From assembly GCA_963719315.1 (NCBI GenBank), contig CAVRBU010000018.1, positions 64,001 to 128,000 of the forward strand: a stretch of 64,000 bases of DNA, read 5' to 3'. Below the pieces are notes generated by a model. The model was not told where the DNA came from and did not search any database. It was given only the letters and a program-made list of their open reading frames with translations. The DNA is from an uncultured Planctomycetota bacterium (GTDB lineage Bacteria > Planctomycetota > Planctomycetia > Pirellulales > Lacipirellulaceae). Position 1 is the stretch's first letter, and each line of letters begins with the position of its first letter. The translations under genes and the position numbers were made by a program. Positions 37,873 to 50,375 of the stretch are shown piece by piece.

Positions 37873-38085
37873 CTGCGGGGGCGGTGTGGAATGCATCCTC
37901 TAACGCTCTGGGGGCTCGCTGGGGCTCGGCCCCAGCCACCCTACTCTTGAGTCTCGTTCGCGGGTCGCCAAAAGTGGCGTAATCTGTTACGATCTGATCG
38001 GTTGGCGTCGTCCGCGCGTGGCGTTCGCCGTGTCCGCGTTTATCATCAATCCGCCATGCTTTTCAGCCGTTGTGGATAATTCAAT

Positions 38086-40219
38086 ATGGCAGTCGATCCT
38101 TACGCAATTTGTCCCTGCGGCAGCGGCAAGAAGCTGAAGTTCTGTTGCTCCGATCTCGTCGGCGAGATCGAGAAGATTCACCGCATGATCGAAGGCGAGC
38201 AGCCGCGGGCCGCGCTGCGACACGTGGAGCAAACGCTTGCCACACACCCGGGCCGCGCGTCGCTGCTGGACTTGAAGGCCACGCTCGAACTTTCGCTGGG
38301 CGAAATCGATGCGGCCCGCGAAACGATCGCCGAATTCGTGGCCGCCAACCAAGATAGCCCAACGGCACACGCCTGCCACGCGCTACTTCTGGCCGAACTG
38401 CGCGAGTCGCGTCCGGCGATCGAAGCGCTGCAGAAAGCGCTCGCCTTGGTGGATCACGAGATGCCGCTCCGCGTTTACGAAGCGCTGGGCGCTGTGGGGG
38501 GCGCGCTGTTGGAGGCCGGCCATATTCTGGCCGCTCAGGCGCATTTGTGGCTGCACGCCGCGCTCGCGCCGAAGGAAGATTCGCGGGCCCGCGAGGTGTT
38601 GGCGGCGCTCAATCACTATTCCGGATTGCCATTGCTGCTGCGAGATCAGCTCCGCTTTCGGCAATGGCCGCAGGATGCGCCATGGACGGGCGAAGCGGAA
38701 AAGGCGTCGCGCTTGGCCGATCATGGCAAGTGGCAGCAGGCTGTCGCTGTCATCGACCGCTTGGGAGCCAAGTATGGCGCCGACCCGACGCTCGTTTTCA
38801 ATCGGGCTCTACTTGGCGGTTGGCTGGCCGACGATCGAGCGCTCGTTGCCGGGCTGCACGCTTACGCCCAAATGGACGTGCCGCCGGATGGCGCCATCGA
38901 GGCCGAGGCCGTCGCTCAGTTGCTCGATGCCGATTTGAAAGAGCCCCGGCTCGACTCGGTCATCCAAGCCTTTGCAATCAACGACCAGGATCAGCTCATC
39001 GCGCGGTTGGTCTCCGACAAGCGCGTGCAACCTTTCGAGATGGACCCGGAAGCGTTTGCCGATCGCGAACAGCCGCGTCCTCGGCAAACGTACGTGCTGC
39101 TCGATCGACCGATGCCGGAATCGGGCATTGGAATCGCGCGCGACGCGGTGCCTCGCCTCGCCGGCGTGTTGGCAATTTACGGTCGTCAGACTGATCGGCC
39201 CGAGCGGATCGAACTTACGATCGACAAAGGGCCGATTTTCGACACGGCTGTAAATTCTCTCCGAGAGATCGGCGGCAATGCATTGGGTGACGTCGTCGAG
39301 GAAAAAGTCATCGGTTCCGTCTCGCGCACAGAGCTGGCGCTCAATTGGCGCTGGCATCCGCCGCGCGATACGCCGCCGGACGTGCGCCGCCAACTCATAG
39401 AAGACGAGCGACGCGCGGCCATTGTCGAGCGCTGGCCGACGCTGCCGCAGCCGGCACTGCAGGGCAAGACGGCTCAAGAGGCAACGACCGACTCGGAGCT
39501 TCACATCTCGCTGTTGGCCAGCGTTCTGATTTTGGAGCAGGGCAGCAACTCGGACCGCGATACCGAATCGATTGCCGAGTTGCGGCGCAACCTGAACCTG
39601 CCGCAGCCGGAGACGATTGACCCGGCCGGTCAGCCCATAAGTGGGCTGCCCCTGGTCCGCATTTCTCGGTTAAAAATGGAGGCCGTCTCCGACGACGATC
39701 TTGCTGTGTTGTACCGGCGGGCAATCGTTGTCGGCGCTCAAGCAGCCCTGCTGCGATTGGCGCGAAGCTGTACGCCGCCCTTCGATTGCCGACCGGATTC
39801 CTCCGGCTGACGCCTATCAACGCCTGGTCGCCTCTGAACGCGATCCGCGGAAGGCTCTCGCGCTCATTCAAGAGGCGCGGCAGCACACGCAAGCGGCCGG
39901 CATGTCCACGGCCACTTGGGACCTGGCAGAGTTGGAGCTGCACATCACCAGCGGCAACGTGGACGAAGCAAAAGAGCTGCTTGGCCGCATCGAGCGCGAC
40001 CATCGCGACGATCCGCAAGTCGCAGCCGCGCTTTACCAATTGCTATACGAAACGGGCGTCATTCCCGATCAAACGCCGTCCCCCGCACATGACCACACGC
40101 ATGCCCATGCCCCGGCCATGGCCAGCACCGCAGACGCCGAGCCTGCGGCGGGCCGCATTTGGACGCCCGACAGCGATCGACCGGCCGGCGGGAAATCGGC
40201 TCTCTGGACCCCTTCCTAG
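38086..40219 (+). CDS. SEC-C-motif/TPR-like helical protein, apparent frameshift at about 39762
   Basis: CPCGSGKKLKFCC; TPR-like helices; second frame continues REAVRRPSIADR... to LWTPS*. Confidence 0.8.
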
Positions 40220-40239
40220 TCAGCGGCGATAAATTCCAC

Positions 40240-41366
40240 GTGGCACGCCGCGCGAACGACGACGAACGATTCATGGCCCACGCCCTGGCACTGGCCCTGC
40301 GCGGTCAGGGAGCCGTCGAACCTAATCCGATGGTCGGATGCGTGATCGTTCGCGACGGTGAGATCGTCGGCAAAGGGTTCCACGAGCGATTCGGCGGTCC
40401 CCACGCGGAAGTGAACGCGCTCGCTGAAGCCGGCGACGACGCTTCGGGCGCAACGGCCTACGTAACGCTCGAGCCCTGCTGCCACCATGGCAAGACGCCG
40501 CCCTGCACCGAGGCGCTCGTGCGGGCCGGCGTCAAGCGGGTCGTGATTGCAACACAAGACCCGTATTCAGAAGTTTGCGGTCGCGGCATCAAGGAACTGG
40601 AAGCGGCCGGCGTTCAGTGCGATCTCGGCCCGCACAGCGCCGAAGCACTTTGGATCTTGCGCCCTACCGCAAGCTGATTGAAATCACGCAACCTTGGATG
40701 ATCGCCAAATGGGCCATGACGCTTGATGGCAAACTCGCCACGCGTACAGGCAACAGCCAGTGGATTTCGAGCGAGGCGTCCCGGGCGGTGGTCCATCAAC
40801 TCCGAGGCCGAGTGGATGCCGTCGTCGTCGGCAGCGGCACCGCCCGCACGGATAATCCGCTGCTCACCGCTCGGCCGGCAAGCCTCTCGGATCTGAAGCG
40901 AACTGCGACTCGCATCGTTGTGGATTCGGCGGCCACACTGAGTCTCGATAGTCGCCTGGTGCAAACGGCTTCCGACGTGCCGGTGCTGGTCGCCGTCGGC
41001 GACGAGGCCCCAGCTAAGTCCTGCGATCAATTGGCGGCTGCTGGCGTTGAAGTTCTTCGGTGTGGCGGAGCAGCGCATGAAGAGCGCATCGCCGCACTTC
41101 TCGATGAGCTAGGCCGCCGACACATGACGAACGTTTTGGTCGAAGGCGGCAGTAAGTTGCTGGGTTCGCTGTTTGATTTGGGCGCGGTCGACGAAGTCCA
41201 TGTCTTCATCGCACCCAAATTCGCTGGCGGAGACTCAGCTCCCAGCCCTGTTGGCGGCGCCGGAATCGAGCGGATGGCGGACTCGCTAAAACTCGCCGAT
41301 ATCTCGATCGAAGAACTTGAAGGCGATGTCTATGTCCACGGCCGGATCGCAAAGAGGGTGCATTGA
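40240..41366 (+). CDS. ribD: Riboflavin biosynthesis deaminase/reductase RibD, apparent frameshift at about 40659
   Basis: PNPMVGCVI, HAE, TLEPCCHHGKTPPC; second frame AKWAMTLDGK, DNPLLT, VLVEGG. Confidence 0.93.
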
Positions 41367-41401
41367 ACGCATTCTGTAAACTGATGCCCTTCGCTCGCGA
41401 T

Positions 41402-42085
41402 TTAGCTCTCGACCAATTCCATCACCGCCCAGCACGTTGGGTCTTCCTGAAACGGAAATGCCGGACCCGATGCAAAAGTTTGCAGCCCCAGCTCGCGGTC
41501 GTACACCGAATAAGTAAAGCCGATCTGTCGGTGCTGTTGCGGATCGTAACCGCCGAGAGCGATCGCCGGTATGAAGGTGGCTAGCGAGTATCCATTCTTG
41601 GTAATCTTCGACACCATTTGCAATTCGCGCGGCCGAATTGGCCGGGCGTTTTCGCGGGCGCGGTTAATTAACAATTGATCCGCGACAGGCTCTGCATTGC
41701 CCGAGCCGCCGCCGGCGGGCAGAAACGCGTAGCGGTGGCAATACCGACTGGCTCGGTGGATATTCAGCGTTGCCCGGGTGTCGATCCAAACTTGGAAACC
41801 GTCGCTGTCTTCAAGCCGTTCGTCACGGCACCACACCGGTTGTTCCTTCCCCATCACGCTCACGTTGAACAGCAACCCGTGCGGATTCCAGGCCGCACGC
41901 ACGTCGGCGAACTGCCGTTCGCGATCGTCGCTGCCGGCGTCCAATTCGGCCAGATTCAAGAGCCGGTACGTTTCATCGAGCGCGACGCCACCGGCCTTCC
42001 AGTTCGCATCGTGGCGCAGTACTGGCACTGCGAATCGAAACAGGAAGCGCGGGGCCAGGAGCGTATTGTGTTGAGGTTCAGCCAT
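41402..42085 (-). CDS. Hypothetical protein, CBM9/DOMON-like beta-sandwich
   Basis: DVRAAWNPHGL, SDGFQVWIDTR, GYSLATFIP, IGFTYSVYD; directly downstream of uvrA. Confidence 0.6.
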   Translation of the reverse strand: MAEPQHNTLLAPRFLFRFAVPVLRHDANWKAGGVALDETYRLLNLAELDAGSDDRERQFADVRAAWNPHGLLFNVSVMGKEQPVWCRDERLEDSDGFQVWIDTRATLNIHRASRYCHRYAFLPAGGGSGNAEPVADQLLINRARENARPIRPRELQMVSKITKNGYSLATFIPAIALGGYDPQQHRQIGFTYSVYDRELGLQTFASGPAFPFQEDPTCWAVMELVES

Positions 42086-42094
42086 GTTCAAGGG

Positions 42095-45000
42095 TTATGC
42101 CGTGAGCGAATGTTGTGCTCCGAGTGATTCCACGTGCACACGCAAGAACGCGGCCACGTTTTCCGCGTGCAACTCGTCGCTGGTGACGAATCGCAGCTTC
42201 ACCTGGTCGCGGTCTTCGGCATCGGTTTCCAGCGATCGCGTCGTACCCAACTCGGCGACGCTGCCCAACTGAAATGCGCCCTTCGGCCCATTAAGGATGA
42301 GATCGATGCCGCCAAGCCGTTTGGTGAACACCGTAGCCCACGGCTTCCGCACGCCTGGCACCATGAGATACACGACGTTCTGATTGTTCCACAGAAACTG
42401 TCCATCAGGTACGATTTCGGAGAGCATCTCGAGCAACTCTTCGAGCACTTCAGGCTTCCACTCAGTTTTCTTGCCGGGCGGAAATCCCTTGCGCGAAAGG
42501 TGCCACTTTTGGCCGAGCACTTTCCACGGCATCACGTCTTCGGGCTTCGATTCGACGCGGGCCGCGAATTTCTGGAAGCCTGCGACCGCCCGTTCGACGA
42601 ATGACCAGAACGCCGGCGTATCGATTTCCTCCCACGAGTGGGCGTCGATCTGCACTTCTTGCCACGGGCCCCGGAGCGTTTTGCACTTCACGCGCGGGCC
42701 TCGGCCGTAGGCTTCGATCTCATCGACGTCGTTGAGCGGCTTGAGGTCCAATTCGGTCACGAGCGTATCACGATCGAACGTTTTTTTAGCCGTGCGGAAT
42801 TTCAGTTTCACCAGCCACCTTTCGCCGGTAATCGCGTGGAAAAACCATCCATCGGCTTTCTTCGCGCCGGTGATTTCGACGATCGTGCGGTTATTCCAAT
42901 TCGTCGGTGCGAAGTCGCCCAAGTCTTGGATGCGTTGCTCAATCGTGTCGAGAATGCGGCCATCCCATCGGCAGAGACGACCGTCGCGGCCGACGCGGTT
43001 TTTCGTGTGCCAGCCGCGGCCATCGACTTCCCAGGGCATCCGCGTGTCGCTTCCGACGTCGTCGATGTCCAATTCCTTATCGGCAGTGATCGGCGCTACG
43101 GCTTCTGGATCATAGATCTTGCGTTCCACGATCGGGCCCGCCGCCAGCACGGGCGCGAGGGCGGCGGCAGTGTGGGAAACAAGTGGGGAGTGTGAAGTGG
43201 GGATTGGGGAGTTCGATCGTTTCGACTTCTTGCGCTTTATTCCCAATTCCTCATTCCCCATTCCCAACTGAACTACCTGCTCGGGCGTGCCGCAGATAAC
43301 GACGGTCCCACCCTCGGCGCCGGCTTCGGGGCCGAGATCGATCACCCAGTCGGCCGTTTTGATGACGTCTAAGTTGTGTTCGATGACGATGACCGTATTG
43401 CCCTGATCCACGAGTCGGTTGAGCACATCGAGCAACTTTGCCAGGTCGTCAAAGTGGAGGCCGGTGGTAGGCTCATCGAGCAGGTACAGTGTTTGGCCCG
43501 TATCGGGCCGGGCCAATTCGGCGGCCAGCTTCACGCGCTGCGCTTCGCCGCCGGAGAGCGTCGGCGCGCTTTGGCCGAGCGTGAGGTAATCGAGCCCAAC
43601 ATCGCACAGCGTTTGCAGAATGCGGCGAATCTTTGGAATGTTGCCAAACAGTTCGACGGCTTGACGGCACGATAGGTTGAGCACATCGGCAATGCTCTTG
43701 CCGCGGAATTGAACTTCCAGAACGTCGCGGTTGTAACGCAGGCCGCGGCACGTGTCGCACTCGACCCAGATATCGGGCAAGAAGTGCATCTGGATGCATA
43801 TCTGGCCGTTGCCTTCGCAGGCTTCGCACCTGCCGCCCGGCACGTTGAAGCTGAACCGCCGCGCCGTGTATCCGCGGAGCTTTGATTCCGGCAGTTGCGA
43901 AAACAAGTGGCGAATGAGTTCGAACACGCCCGTGTACGTGGCCGGGTTCGATGTCGGCGTATTCCCGAGCGGCTGTTGGTCGACGCGAATTACCTTGTTG
44001 ATCAGCTCAATGCCGCAGATCGATTCGTGGGCGCCCGGCACGGTGCTCGCGCGATGGAGTGTCTTGGCAAGCTGGTTGTAGAGAATGTCTTCGACCAACG
44101 AGCTTTTGCCGCTGCCGCTGACGCCGGTTACGGCCGTCAGTGTGCCCAGCGGGAACTTGACGTTGATATTCTTGAGATTGTTGTGCCGAGCGCCGATGAT
44201 CTCGAGGAAGGGGTGGGCTGCGAGGAGCGAGGAGCGAGTGCCATTTTTTTTCTCGCCACTCGCTTTTCGCTCCTCGATCCTCCGCGTCTTCGGTACGCCA
44301 ATCGCCTTTTTGCCGCTGAGATACGGGCCGGTGACGCTGCCCCGCTTTCGTGAGACTACATCGGGTGAGCCTGAGGCGACGATCTGACCACCGAGGCGAC
44401 CCGCGCCAGGGCCAAAGTCGAATAGGCCATCCGCACTCGATACGACCTCTCGATCGTGCTCCACGATCAGCAGCGTATTGCCCAAATCGCGAAGTTTTTC
44501 GAGCGCCAGAATAAGCCGCGAATTATCGCGCGGGTGCAGACCGATCGTGGGCTCGTCGAGCACGTACAGCACGCCGCACAAGCCGCTGCCGACCTGGCTT
44601 GCGAGCCGAATTCGCTGGGCTTCGCCGCCGGAAAGCGTCGGACCGCTACGACCGAGCGTCAAATAATTGAGCCCGACATCGACCAGGAACGTGAGCCGGC
44701 TCTCGATTTCGCGGATGAGCTCGCCGGCCACTTTCTTTTCGTTCGCGGCCAGTTTCCACTTTTTCACCTGCCCGAGCAGATCGCTCAGCGGAGTCCGACC
44801 GATCTGATCGAGCGTCCGATCCCGGAATCGCACCGCGGCCGCATCATCACGCAGCCGGCTGCCGCCACACTCACTACAATCGATCTCGCCAATGAAGTGC
44901 TCAAGTAGTGCCCGCAACCGCGCAGAGAGTTTAGAGGCTTCTTCGAGCGCCGGGTAAAGACCTTTGTATTGAAAGCGAAACCGTAGCCGCGCGGAAGGCG

Positions 45001-48000
45001 CGGATTTTGCTTTCGATTTCGTCGGCTCGTAAACCTCAATCCATTCCTCGCCTGTTCCGAACAACACCGTTCGCCGTTGCCGGGGCGACAGATCGTTGTA
45101 AGGCACGTTGATCGGCACTCCAGAGTGCGCGGACCAAGCCTTCAGCATCAACTGCGACGTTGGCAAACTCACATCCGGCCAAACCAGCAGCGCGCCCTGG
45201 GCCAACGATAGATTCGCATCGCGCATCAACGCTGCCGGATTCGCTCCTGTCTGGGTACCCAGTCCTTCGCATGCTGGGCACCAGCCGAGCGTGCTATTGA
45301 ATGAAAAGTTATGCGGGTTGAGCGTGTCGAAGCTGCGGCCACACTTTTCGCAGGCGAGGTGCTGGCTGTGGATTCGCACTTGCCAGCGCGGTTCCGGCAC
45401 GTTGTCATCCGGATGGGCGACGTGCATCACGCCTTTGCCCATCGCGAGCGCGTTTTCCACGCTGCCGGCGATCCGCGAGCGGGCATCGGGCCGCACGATG
45501 ATTCGATCCACGAGCACTTCGACCGTATGTTTGCGGCGACGATCGATGGTCGGCGCTTGTTCGAGCGAATGCGTTTCGCCGTCGATTCGCACACGAATGT
45601 AGCCGCCGCCGCGGAGCGATTCCCACAGCGATTCATACTGTTCGCCGACCTGCACCTCGACCGGCGCCATGATGTACAGTTTCGTGCCGGCCGGCTCTTC
45701 GAGCAGCTTGTCGACAATCTGATCCGACGTTTGTGTGCCGATCGGAATGTCGCACTCCGGGCAATGTGGCTGCCCGAGTTGAGCAAACAGAATCCGGAAA
45801 TAGTCGTATATCTCGGTCACCGTGCCGACGGTCGACCGCGGCGTCTGGCCTGTGTTGCGTTGTTCGATCGCGATCGCCGGCGAGAGCCCGTCGATGTGAT
45901 CGACCAGTGGCTTCTGCATCTGTCCAACGAACTGCCGAGCATAGGAGCTGAGGCTCTCGACGTATCGCCGTTGTCCTTCGGCATAGATCGTATCCATCGC
46001 GAGCGACGTTTTCCCAGATCCGCTCGGCCCGCAGAACACGGTCATCTGATCGCGCGGAATTTTCAGATCGAGGTCGCGCAGATTGTGCTGCCGCGCCCCA
46101 CGCACGGTAATGTGCGTCGCCTCGCGCGCCGGCTTGCCGTTCTTCGCGCCGCCAGCAGCATCCCGCTTACCACCCGCTCGCGGCTTAGCGCGAATTCCCA
46201 ACAGCGGCGCAAGTGCCTGCCCCGTATACGACTCGACGTTTCGGGCCACCGCCTCCGGCGTGCCACAAGTCACGATTCGCCCGCCACCCGCGCCGCCGTC
46301 CGGCCCGATATCGATAATCCAATCGGCTGTCTTCGCTACGTCGAGATTGTGTTCGACGACCAGCACCGTGTTGCCCGCATCCACGAAGTCGTGCAGCACC
46401 TTGAGCAGCAATTCGATATCGGCGAAATGCAGGCCGGTCGTCGGCTCATCCAGCAAGTACAGCGTTCGCCCGGTCGATTTCTTGACCAGCTCGCGGGCCA
46501 GCTTGATCCGCTGGGCTTCGCCGCCGGAAAGCGTCGGCGAAGGCTGGCCGATTTTGATGTAATCGAGGCCGACGTCGTGCAGCGTTTTCAGTTTCTGATG
46601 GATCTGCGGGATGTTTTCGAAGTGGCTGAGCGCTTCCTGCACATCCATTTCGAGCACCTGGGCGATGCTTTTTTCGCGGAACATCACCTGCAGCGTTTCC
46701 CGGTTGAAACGATGGCCGCCGCATACCGGGCAGGTGACCCATACGTCGGCCAGGAAATCCATTTCCAGCCGGTTCGAGCCGTTCCCGTCGCACGCTTCGC
46801 ACCGGCCGCCCTGCACGTTGAAGCTGAACCGGCCCGGCTTGTAGCCCCGGCGTTTCGATTCCGGAAGCTGCGTGTACAAGTTACGGATGTCGTCGAACAG
46901 TTTGATATAAGTGGCCGGATTCGAACGCGGCGTCCGACCGATTGGCGACTGGTCGATGACGATCAACTTATCGAGCTGGTCAACGCCTTCGATCCGATCG
47001 TGCTCGCCAGGGTGGCCTTTGCCACCCATCAGGTCGCGGAGCAGCGATTCGGCGATGATGTCGTTCACTAGCGAGCTTTTACCGGAGCCGCTCGCGCCGG
47101 TAATGCAGACGAACGCACCGAGCGGAATTTCGACGTCAATGTTTTTGAGGTTGTTGTGGCGAGCGCCGATGACGCGGAGATGGTTGCGAGGAACGAGGAG
47201 CGAGGAGCGAGCCTCCGAGTTTTCCTCGCTCCTCGCTCCTCGCTCCTCAATCCTTCGCCGCCGCGGAACCTCTATCTTCCGCTTGCCCGAAAGAAACGCC
47301 CCCGTCACGCTCCGCGATTCGTTCGCGATTTTCTCGGCCGACCCGATGGCGACGACTTCGCCGCCGCGGACGCCGGGACCAGGGCCGAAGTCGATGAGGT
47401 GATCGGCCGCCCGCATCGTGTCTTCGTCGTGTTCAACGACGACGACCGTGTTGCCGAGGTCGCGGAGTTCGGCCAGCGTGTCCAGCAGCCGCTGGTTATC
47501 GCGCGGGTGCAAGCCAATCGAGGGTTCATCCAAGATGTAGAGCACGCCGACCAGCCCGCATCCAACTTGCCCAGCCAGCCGTATGCGTTGCGACTCGCCG
47601 CCGGAAAGCGTCGGGGCGGTGCGTTCCAACGACAGGTATTCGAGGCCGACGTTCTGCAGGAAGCCAAGTCGTCCGCGAATCTCCTTCAGCACTTCAACGG
47701 CGATTAGTTTTTCGTTGCCGACGAGTTGCAGGCCACCAAAAAACTCGGTCGCCTCGGAGACTGCTAAGCTGCAAACCTCGGGCAGCGACCGTTGCGGACG
47801 GTCGGCAAATCGCGGGCTCGTGGTTTCGATTGTGACGGCTCGCGCTTGTGGATTGAGCCGCTCGCCCGAGCAATCGGGGCAGCGGATCACGCTCATATAC
47901 TGCTCAAGCTGCCGAATCTGTGGCTCGCTCTTGCTCGTGCGATACTTTTCCAACAGTTCGGGGATCAGCCCTTCAAACATGCCGCCGTATTTTTGAGCGG

Positions 48001-49267
48001 CTTTGCCGGCCCGCCAGGTGAACGTGATGTGCTCGTCCCCCGTGCCCCACAGCCAGATGTCGCGGAGCCTCGGATCCAGGTCTCGCCACGGCGTTTCCAG
48101 CAGCGTGCCTTCCGCGAGCGAAAGTTTGCGCTCCATCGTCTCGGCCACGCCGCGATAGATGTGCCGCTTCCAACGCCCCAAATCCTTCCAAGAACCGACG
48201 AGTTCAATGCAGCCCTGCTCGAATGATTTTTCGGTATTCGCGACCAGCCGCTCGGGATCGAAGCTGAAGAATTCTCCCAGGCCATCGCACGTGAGACACA
48301 TGCCCTGCGGGCTATTGAAGCTAAATAACTGCGGCGTCGGTTCATCGAAGCTGATGCCACATTCAGTGCAGGCGAAATGCGACGAGAGAACGATGTCGCC
48401 CGGCTGCGTGCCGGCGGCGCGACGTTTTCGAGGAGCGAGTTGTGAGGAGCGAGGATCGAGATCTTCCTCAGTCGGGAGCGAGGAAGTCCCGGCTCGCTCT
48501 TCGTTCTCATTCTCGCCCCTCGCCCCTCGCTCCTCGCCGCCCTCATCGAACTGCGTCGCGACGATGAGGCTTCCCTTGCCCACGGCAATCGCCGAATCGA
48601 CCGCCTCGGCCAATCGCCCGCGGACCGAGGGTCCCGCCTTGAGCCGATCGATGACGACTTCGATGTTGTGTCGCATCTGCCGATCGAGCGCGAGGTCGTC
48701 ATTGAGCGAGACGATGCGCCCATCGACGCGAGCCCGCACGAAGCCCTGCTTGCGCAGGTCTTCGAACAGATCTTTGTATTCGCCCTTCTGCCCGCGAATT
48801 ACGGGGGCCAGCACGGCGAACGGCGTGCCGGAGGCAAGCGTCAGAATGCGGGCGATGATTTGTTCGCGCGTTTGGGCGGTGATGGGCCGCCCGCACTGGG
48901 GGCAGTGCCCGTGTCCAACACGCGCGTAAAGCACGCGTAAAAAATCATAAATCTCGGTGATCGTGCCGACCGTTGACCTCGGATTGTTGCCCGATGATTT
49001 TTGCGAAATCGAGATCGAGGGGCTCAGCCCGCTGATATGATCGACATCCGGCTTGGACATTTGCCCCAGAAATTGCCGGGCAAACGTGGACAGACTTTCC
49101 ACGTACCGCCGCTGACCCTCGGCGAAGAGCGTGTCAAATGCCAGCGAGCTTTTCCCGGAACCGGAAACGCCCGTCAGGCAAATGAGCTTATTGCGCGGAA
49201 TCACAACATCGACATTGCGAAGGTTGTGCTCCCGGGCCCCTTTGATGACGATATCGGATGCGGGCAT
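42095..49267 (-). CDS. uvrA: Double-length excinuclease ABC subunit A with C-terminal extension (about 2390 aa)
   Basis: Two complete UvrA units: four Walker A ([32 protein letters not shown]), four LSGGE signatures, [11 protein letters not shown] twice, Zn-finger Cys pairs. Confidence 0.96.
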   Translation of the reverse strand: MPASDIVIKGAREHNLRNVDVVIPRNKLICLTGVSGSGKSSLAFDTLFAEGQRRYVESLSTFARQFLGQMSKPDVDHISGLSPSISISQKSSGNNPRSTVGTITEIYDFLRVLYARVGHGHCPQCGRPITAQTREQIIARILTLASGTPFAVLAPVIRGQKGEYKDLFEDLRKQGFVRARVDGRIVSLNDDLALDRQMRHNIEVVIDRLKAGPSVRGRLAEAVDSAIAVGKGSLIVATQFDEGGEERGARGENENEERAGTSSLPTEEDLDPRSSQLAPRKRRAAGTQPGDIVLSSHFACTECGISFDEPTPQLFSFNSPQGMCLTCDGLGEFFSFDPERLVANTEKSFEQGCIELVGSWKDLGRWKRHIYRGVAETMERKLSLAEGTLLETPWRDLDPRLRDIWLWGTGDEHITFTWRAGKAAQKYGGMFEGLIPELLEKYRTSKSEPQIRQLEQYMSVIRCPDCSGERLNPQARAVTIETTSPRFADRPQRSLPEVCSLAVSEATEFFGGLQLVGNEKLIAVEVLKEIRGRLGFLQNVGLEYLSLERTAPTLSGGESQRIRLAGQVGCGLVGVLYILDEPSIGLHPRDNQRLLDTLAELRDLGNTVVVVEHDEDTMRAADHLIDFGPGPGVRGGEVVAIGSAEKIANESRSVTGAFLSGKRKIEVPRRRRIEERGARSEENSEARSSLLVPRNHLRVIGARHNNLKNIDVEIPLGAFVCITGASGSGKSSLVNDIIAESLLRDLMGGKGHPGEHDRIEGVDQLDKLIVIDQSPIGRTPRSNPATYIKLFDDIRNLYTQLPESKRRGYKPGRFSFNVQGGRCEACDGNGSNRLEMDFLADVWVTCPVCGGHRFNRETLQVMFREKSIAQVLEMDVQEALSHFENIPQIHQKLKTLHDVGLDYIKIGQPSPTLSGGEAQRIKLARELVKKSTGRTLYLLDEPTTGLHFADIELLLKVLHDFVDAGNTVLVVEHNLDVAKTADWIIDIGPDGGAGGGRIVTCGTPEAVARNVESYTGQALAPLLGIRAKPRAGGKRDAAGGAKNGKPAREATHITVRGARQHNLRDLDLKIPRDQMTVFCGPSGSGKTSLAMDTIYAEGQRRYVESLSSYARQFVGQMQKPLVDHIDGLSPAIAIEQRNTGQTPRSTVGTVTEIYDYFRILFAQLGQPHCPECDIPIGTQTSDQIVDKLLEEPAGTKLYIMAPVEVQVGEQYESLWESLRGGGYIRVRIDGETHSLEQAPTIDRRRKHTVEVLVDRIIVRPDARSRIAGSVENALAMGKGVMHVAHPDDNVPEPRWQVRIHSQHLACEKCGRSFDTLNPHNFSFNSTLGWCPACEGLGTQTGANPAALMRDANLSLAQGALLVWPDVSLPTSQLMLKAWSAHSGVPINVPYNDLSPRQRRTVLFGTGEEWIEVYEPTKSKAKSAPSARLRFRFQYKGLYPALEEASKLSARLRALLEHFIGEIDCSECGGSRLRDDAAAVRFRDRTLDQIGRTPLSDLLGQVKKWKLAANEKKVAGELIREIESRLTFLVDVGLNYLTLGRSGPTLSGGEAQRIRLASQVGSGLCGVLYVLDEPTIGLHPRDNSRLILALEKLRDLGNTLLIVEHDREVVSSADGLFDFGPGAGRLGGQIVASGSPDVVSRKRGSVTGPYLSGKKAIGVPKTRRIEERKASGEKKNGTRSSLLAAHPFLEIIGARHNNLKNINVKFPLGTLTAVTGVSGSGKSSLVEDILYNQLAKTLHRASTVPGAHESICGIELINKVIRVDQQPLGNTPTSNPATYTGVFELIRHLFSQLPESKLRGYTARRFSFNVPGGRCEACEGNGQICIQMHFLPDIWVECDTCRGLRYNRDVLEVQFRGKSIADVLNLSCRQAVELFGNIPKIRRILQTLCDVGLDYLTLGQSAPTLSGGEAQRVKLAAELARPDTGQTLYLLDEPTTGLHFDDLAKLLDVLNRLVDQGNTVIVIEHNLDVIKTADWVIDLGPEAGAEGGTVVICGTPEQVVQLGMGNEELGIKRKKSKRSNSPIPTSHSPLVSHTAAALAPVLAAGPIVERKIYDPEAVAPITADKELDIDDVGSDTRMPWEVDGRGWHTKNRVGRDGRLCRWDGRILDTIEQRIQDLGDFAPTNWNNRTIVEITGAKKADGWFFHAITGERWLVKLKFRTAKKTFDRDTLVTELDLKPLNDVDEIEAYGRGPRVKCKTLRGPWQEVQIDAHSWEEIDTPAFWSFVERAVAGFQKFAARVESKPEDVMPWKVLGQKWHLSRKGFPPGKKTEWKPEVLEELLEMLSEIVPDGQFLWNNQNVVYLMVPGVRKPWATVFTKRLGGIDLILNGPKGAFQLGSVAELGTTRSLETDAEDRDQVKLRFVTSDELHAENVAAFLRVHVESLGAQHSLTA
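43181..43269. repeat. Heptamer-arm palindrome in frame inside uvrA (after unit 2)
   Basis: AGTGGGG AGTGTGA AGTGGGG ATTGGGG ... ATTCCCA ATTCCTC ATTCCCC ATTCCCA; encodes [29 protein letters not shown]. Confidence 0.85.
44220..44284. repeat. (CGAGGAG)n / (CTCCTCG)n palindrome in frame inside uvrA
   Basis: GCGAGGAGCGAGGAGCGAG ... CTCGCCACTCGCTTTTCGCTCCTCG; encodes [20 protein letters not shown]. Confidence 0.85.
47186..47253. repeat. (CGAGGAG)n / (CTCCTCG)n palindrome in frame inside uvrA
   Basis: GCGAGGAACGAGGAGCGAGGAGCGAG ... CCTCGCTCCTCGCTCCTCGCTCCTC; encodes [22 protein letters not shown]. Confidence 0.9.
48428..48545. repeat. (CGAGGAG)n / (CCCCTCG)n palindrome in frame inside uvrA
   Basis: CGAGGAGCGAGTTGTGAGGAGCGAGGATCGAG ... 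CTCGCCCCTCGCCCCTCGCTCCTCGCC; encodes [11 protein letters not shown]...[10 protein letters not shown]. Confidence 0.85.
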
Positions 49268-49415
49268 CAATGCGCCGTTGGATTCTGTTCGGAGTGGCCC
49301 GAGTCCTGCCCACACGCGTTGAGCGTCCGCTGGGCTCGAGCGCAAACTGTCAATTCTACGGCCGATTGGAAATGGCGAAAAGGCGGCAATTTTTTCGCAC
49401 ATGATCTCCTGATTT

Positions 49416-50302
49416 ATGCCTGATGCTGACTTGACTTACGAATTGCTGGACTTCGGCGATGGCCGCAAGCTGGAACGGTTTGGCACGGTCGTGCTGAATC
49501 GACCCTGCCCGGCGGCCGAAGGCACGACAAAATCGCGGCCCGAATTGTGGACTACCGCAATCGGTCGCTTTCGCGGCCCGCGTACGGGCAATGGCTCGTG
49601 GGCGCCGAATCCAAAGCGGTGGCTGCCGGCGGAGTGGCACTTTGTGCATCAGGGGACGGCGTCGTTTCGATTGCAACTCGAAGCGTTACCTTCAGGGCAG
49701 GTGGGCGTGTTTCCGGAGCAGCGCGAAAATTGGAATTGGATCGCGCGACAGGTGCAAACGGCGAAATCGAACTTCGACGTTGGCCAGTTGCCGAGCGTGC
49801 TGAATCTATTTGCTTACACCGGCGGAAGCACGCTAGCGGCGGCGGCCGCGGGGGCCGGAGTCGTGCATGTCGATGCGGCGCACAGCAGCGTCGATCGGCG
49901 CGTGCCAACGTCGCTTTATCTGGGCTGGTTAATCCGCCAATTCGTTGGATTCCCGAAGACGCGATGAAGTTCTGCCAGCGCGAACTGAAGCGCGGCAACC
50001 TTTACGACGCCGTGATTCTCGATCCGCCGACGTATGGTCATGGACCCAAGGGCGAACCGTGGAAGATCGACGATCATCTGTTGCCACTCCTGCGATTGTG
50101 CGGCGAACTCACTGCGGCGAGCCGAGCATTTGTGTTGGTGACGTGCCATTCGCCCGGCATCGGACCGAGCGAACTGTCGGCCTACTTCGCCGAGGGCATC
50201 ACGGGGCACTGCGGCCAGCCGCCTGCGACGGGCGAGTTGGTTTTGAAAACGGCCGACGGCCGCAAGCTGCCGAGTGGTGTTTATGCGCGGTGGCCGAAGT
50301 AG
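49416..50302 (+). CDS. Class I SAM-dependent methyltransferase (RlmI/RlmK-like), apparent frameshift at about 49898
   Basis: YELLDFGDGRKLERFG, GVFPEQ, VLNLFAYTGGST, VHVDA; second frame ARANVALSG, EDA, ILDPPTYGHG. Confidence 0.88.
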
Positions 50303-50375
50303 CCGCGGTTCTCCGAAACGTCCGCCGCGGCGGACAAGTTTTCGCCAAAGCAAACCTTCGATCGGAGAAACTCGC

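Noticed and set aside
40575..40677. Programmed ribosomal frameshifting in ribD and the other split genes
   Set aside because: No shared slippery heptamer or stimulator; mixed shift directions; sequencing error is simpler
45311..47071. 586-aa plus-strand ORF
   Set aside because: Antisense shadow of uvrA
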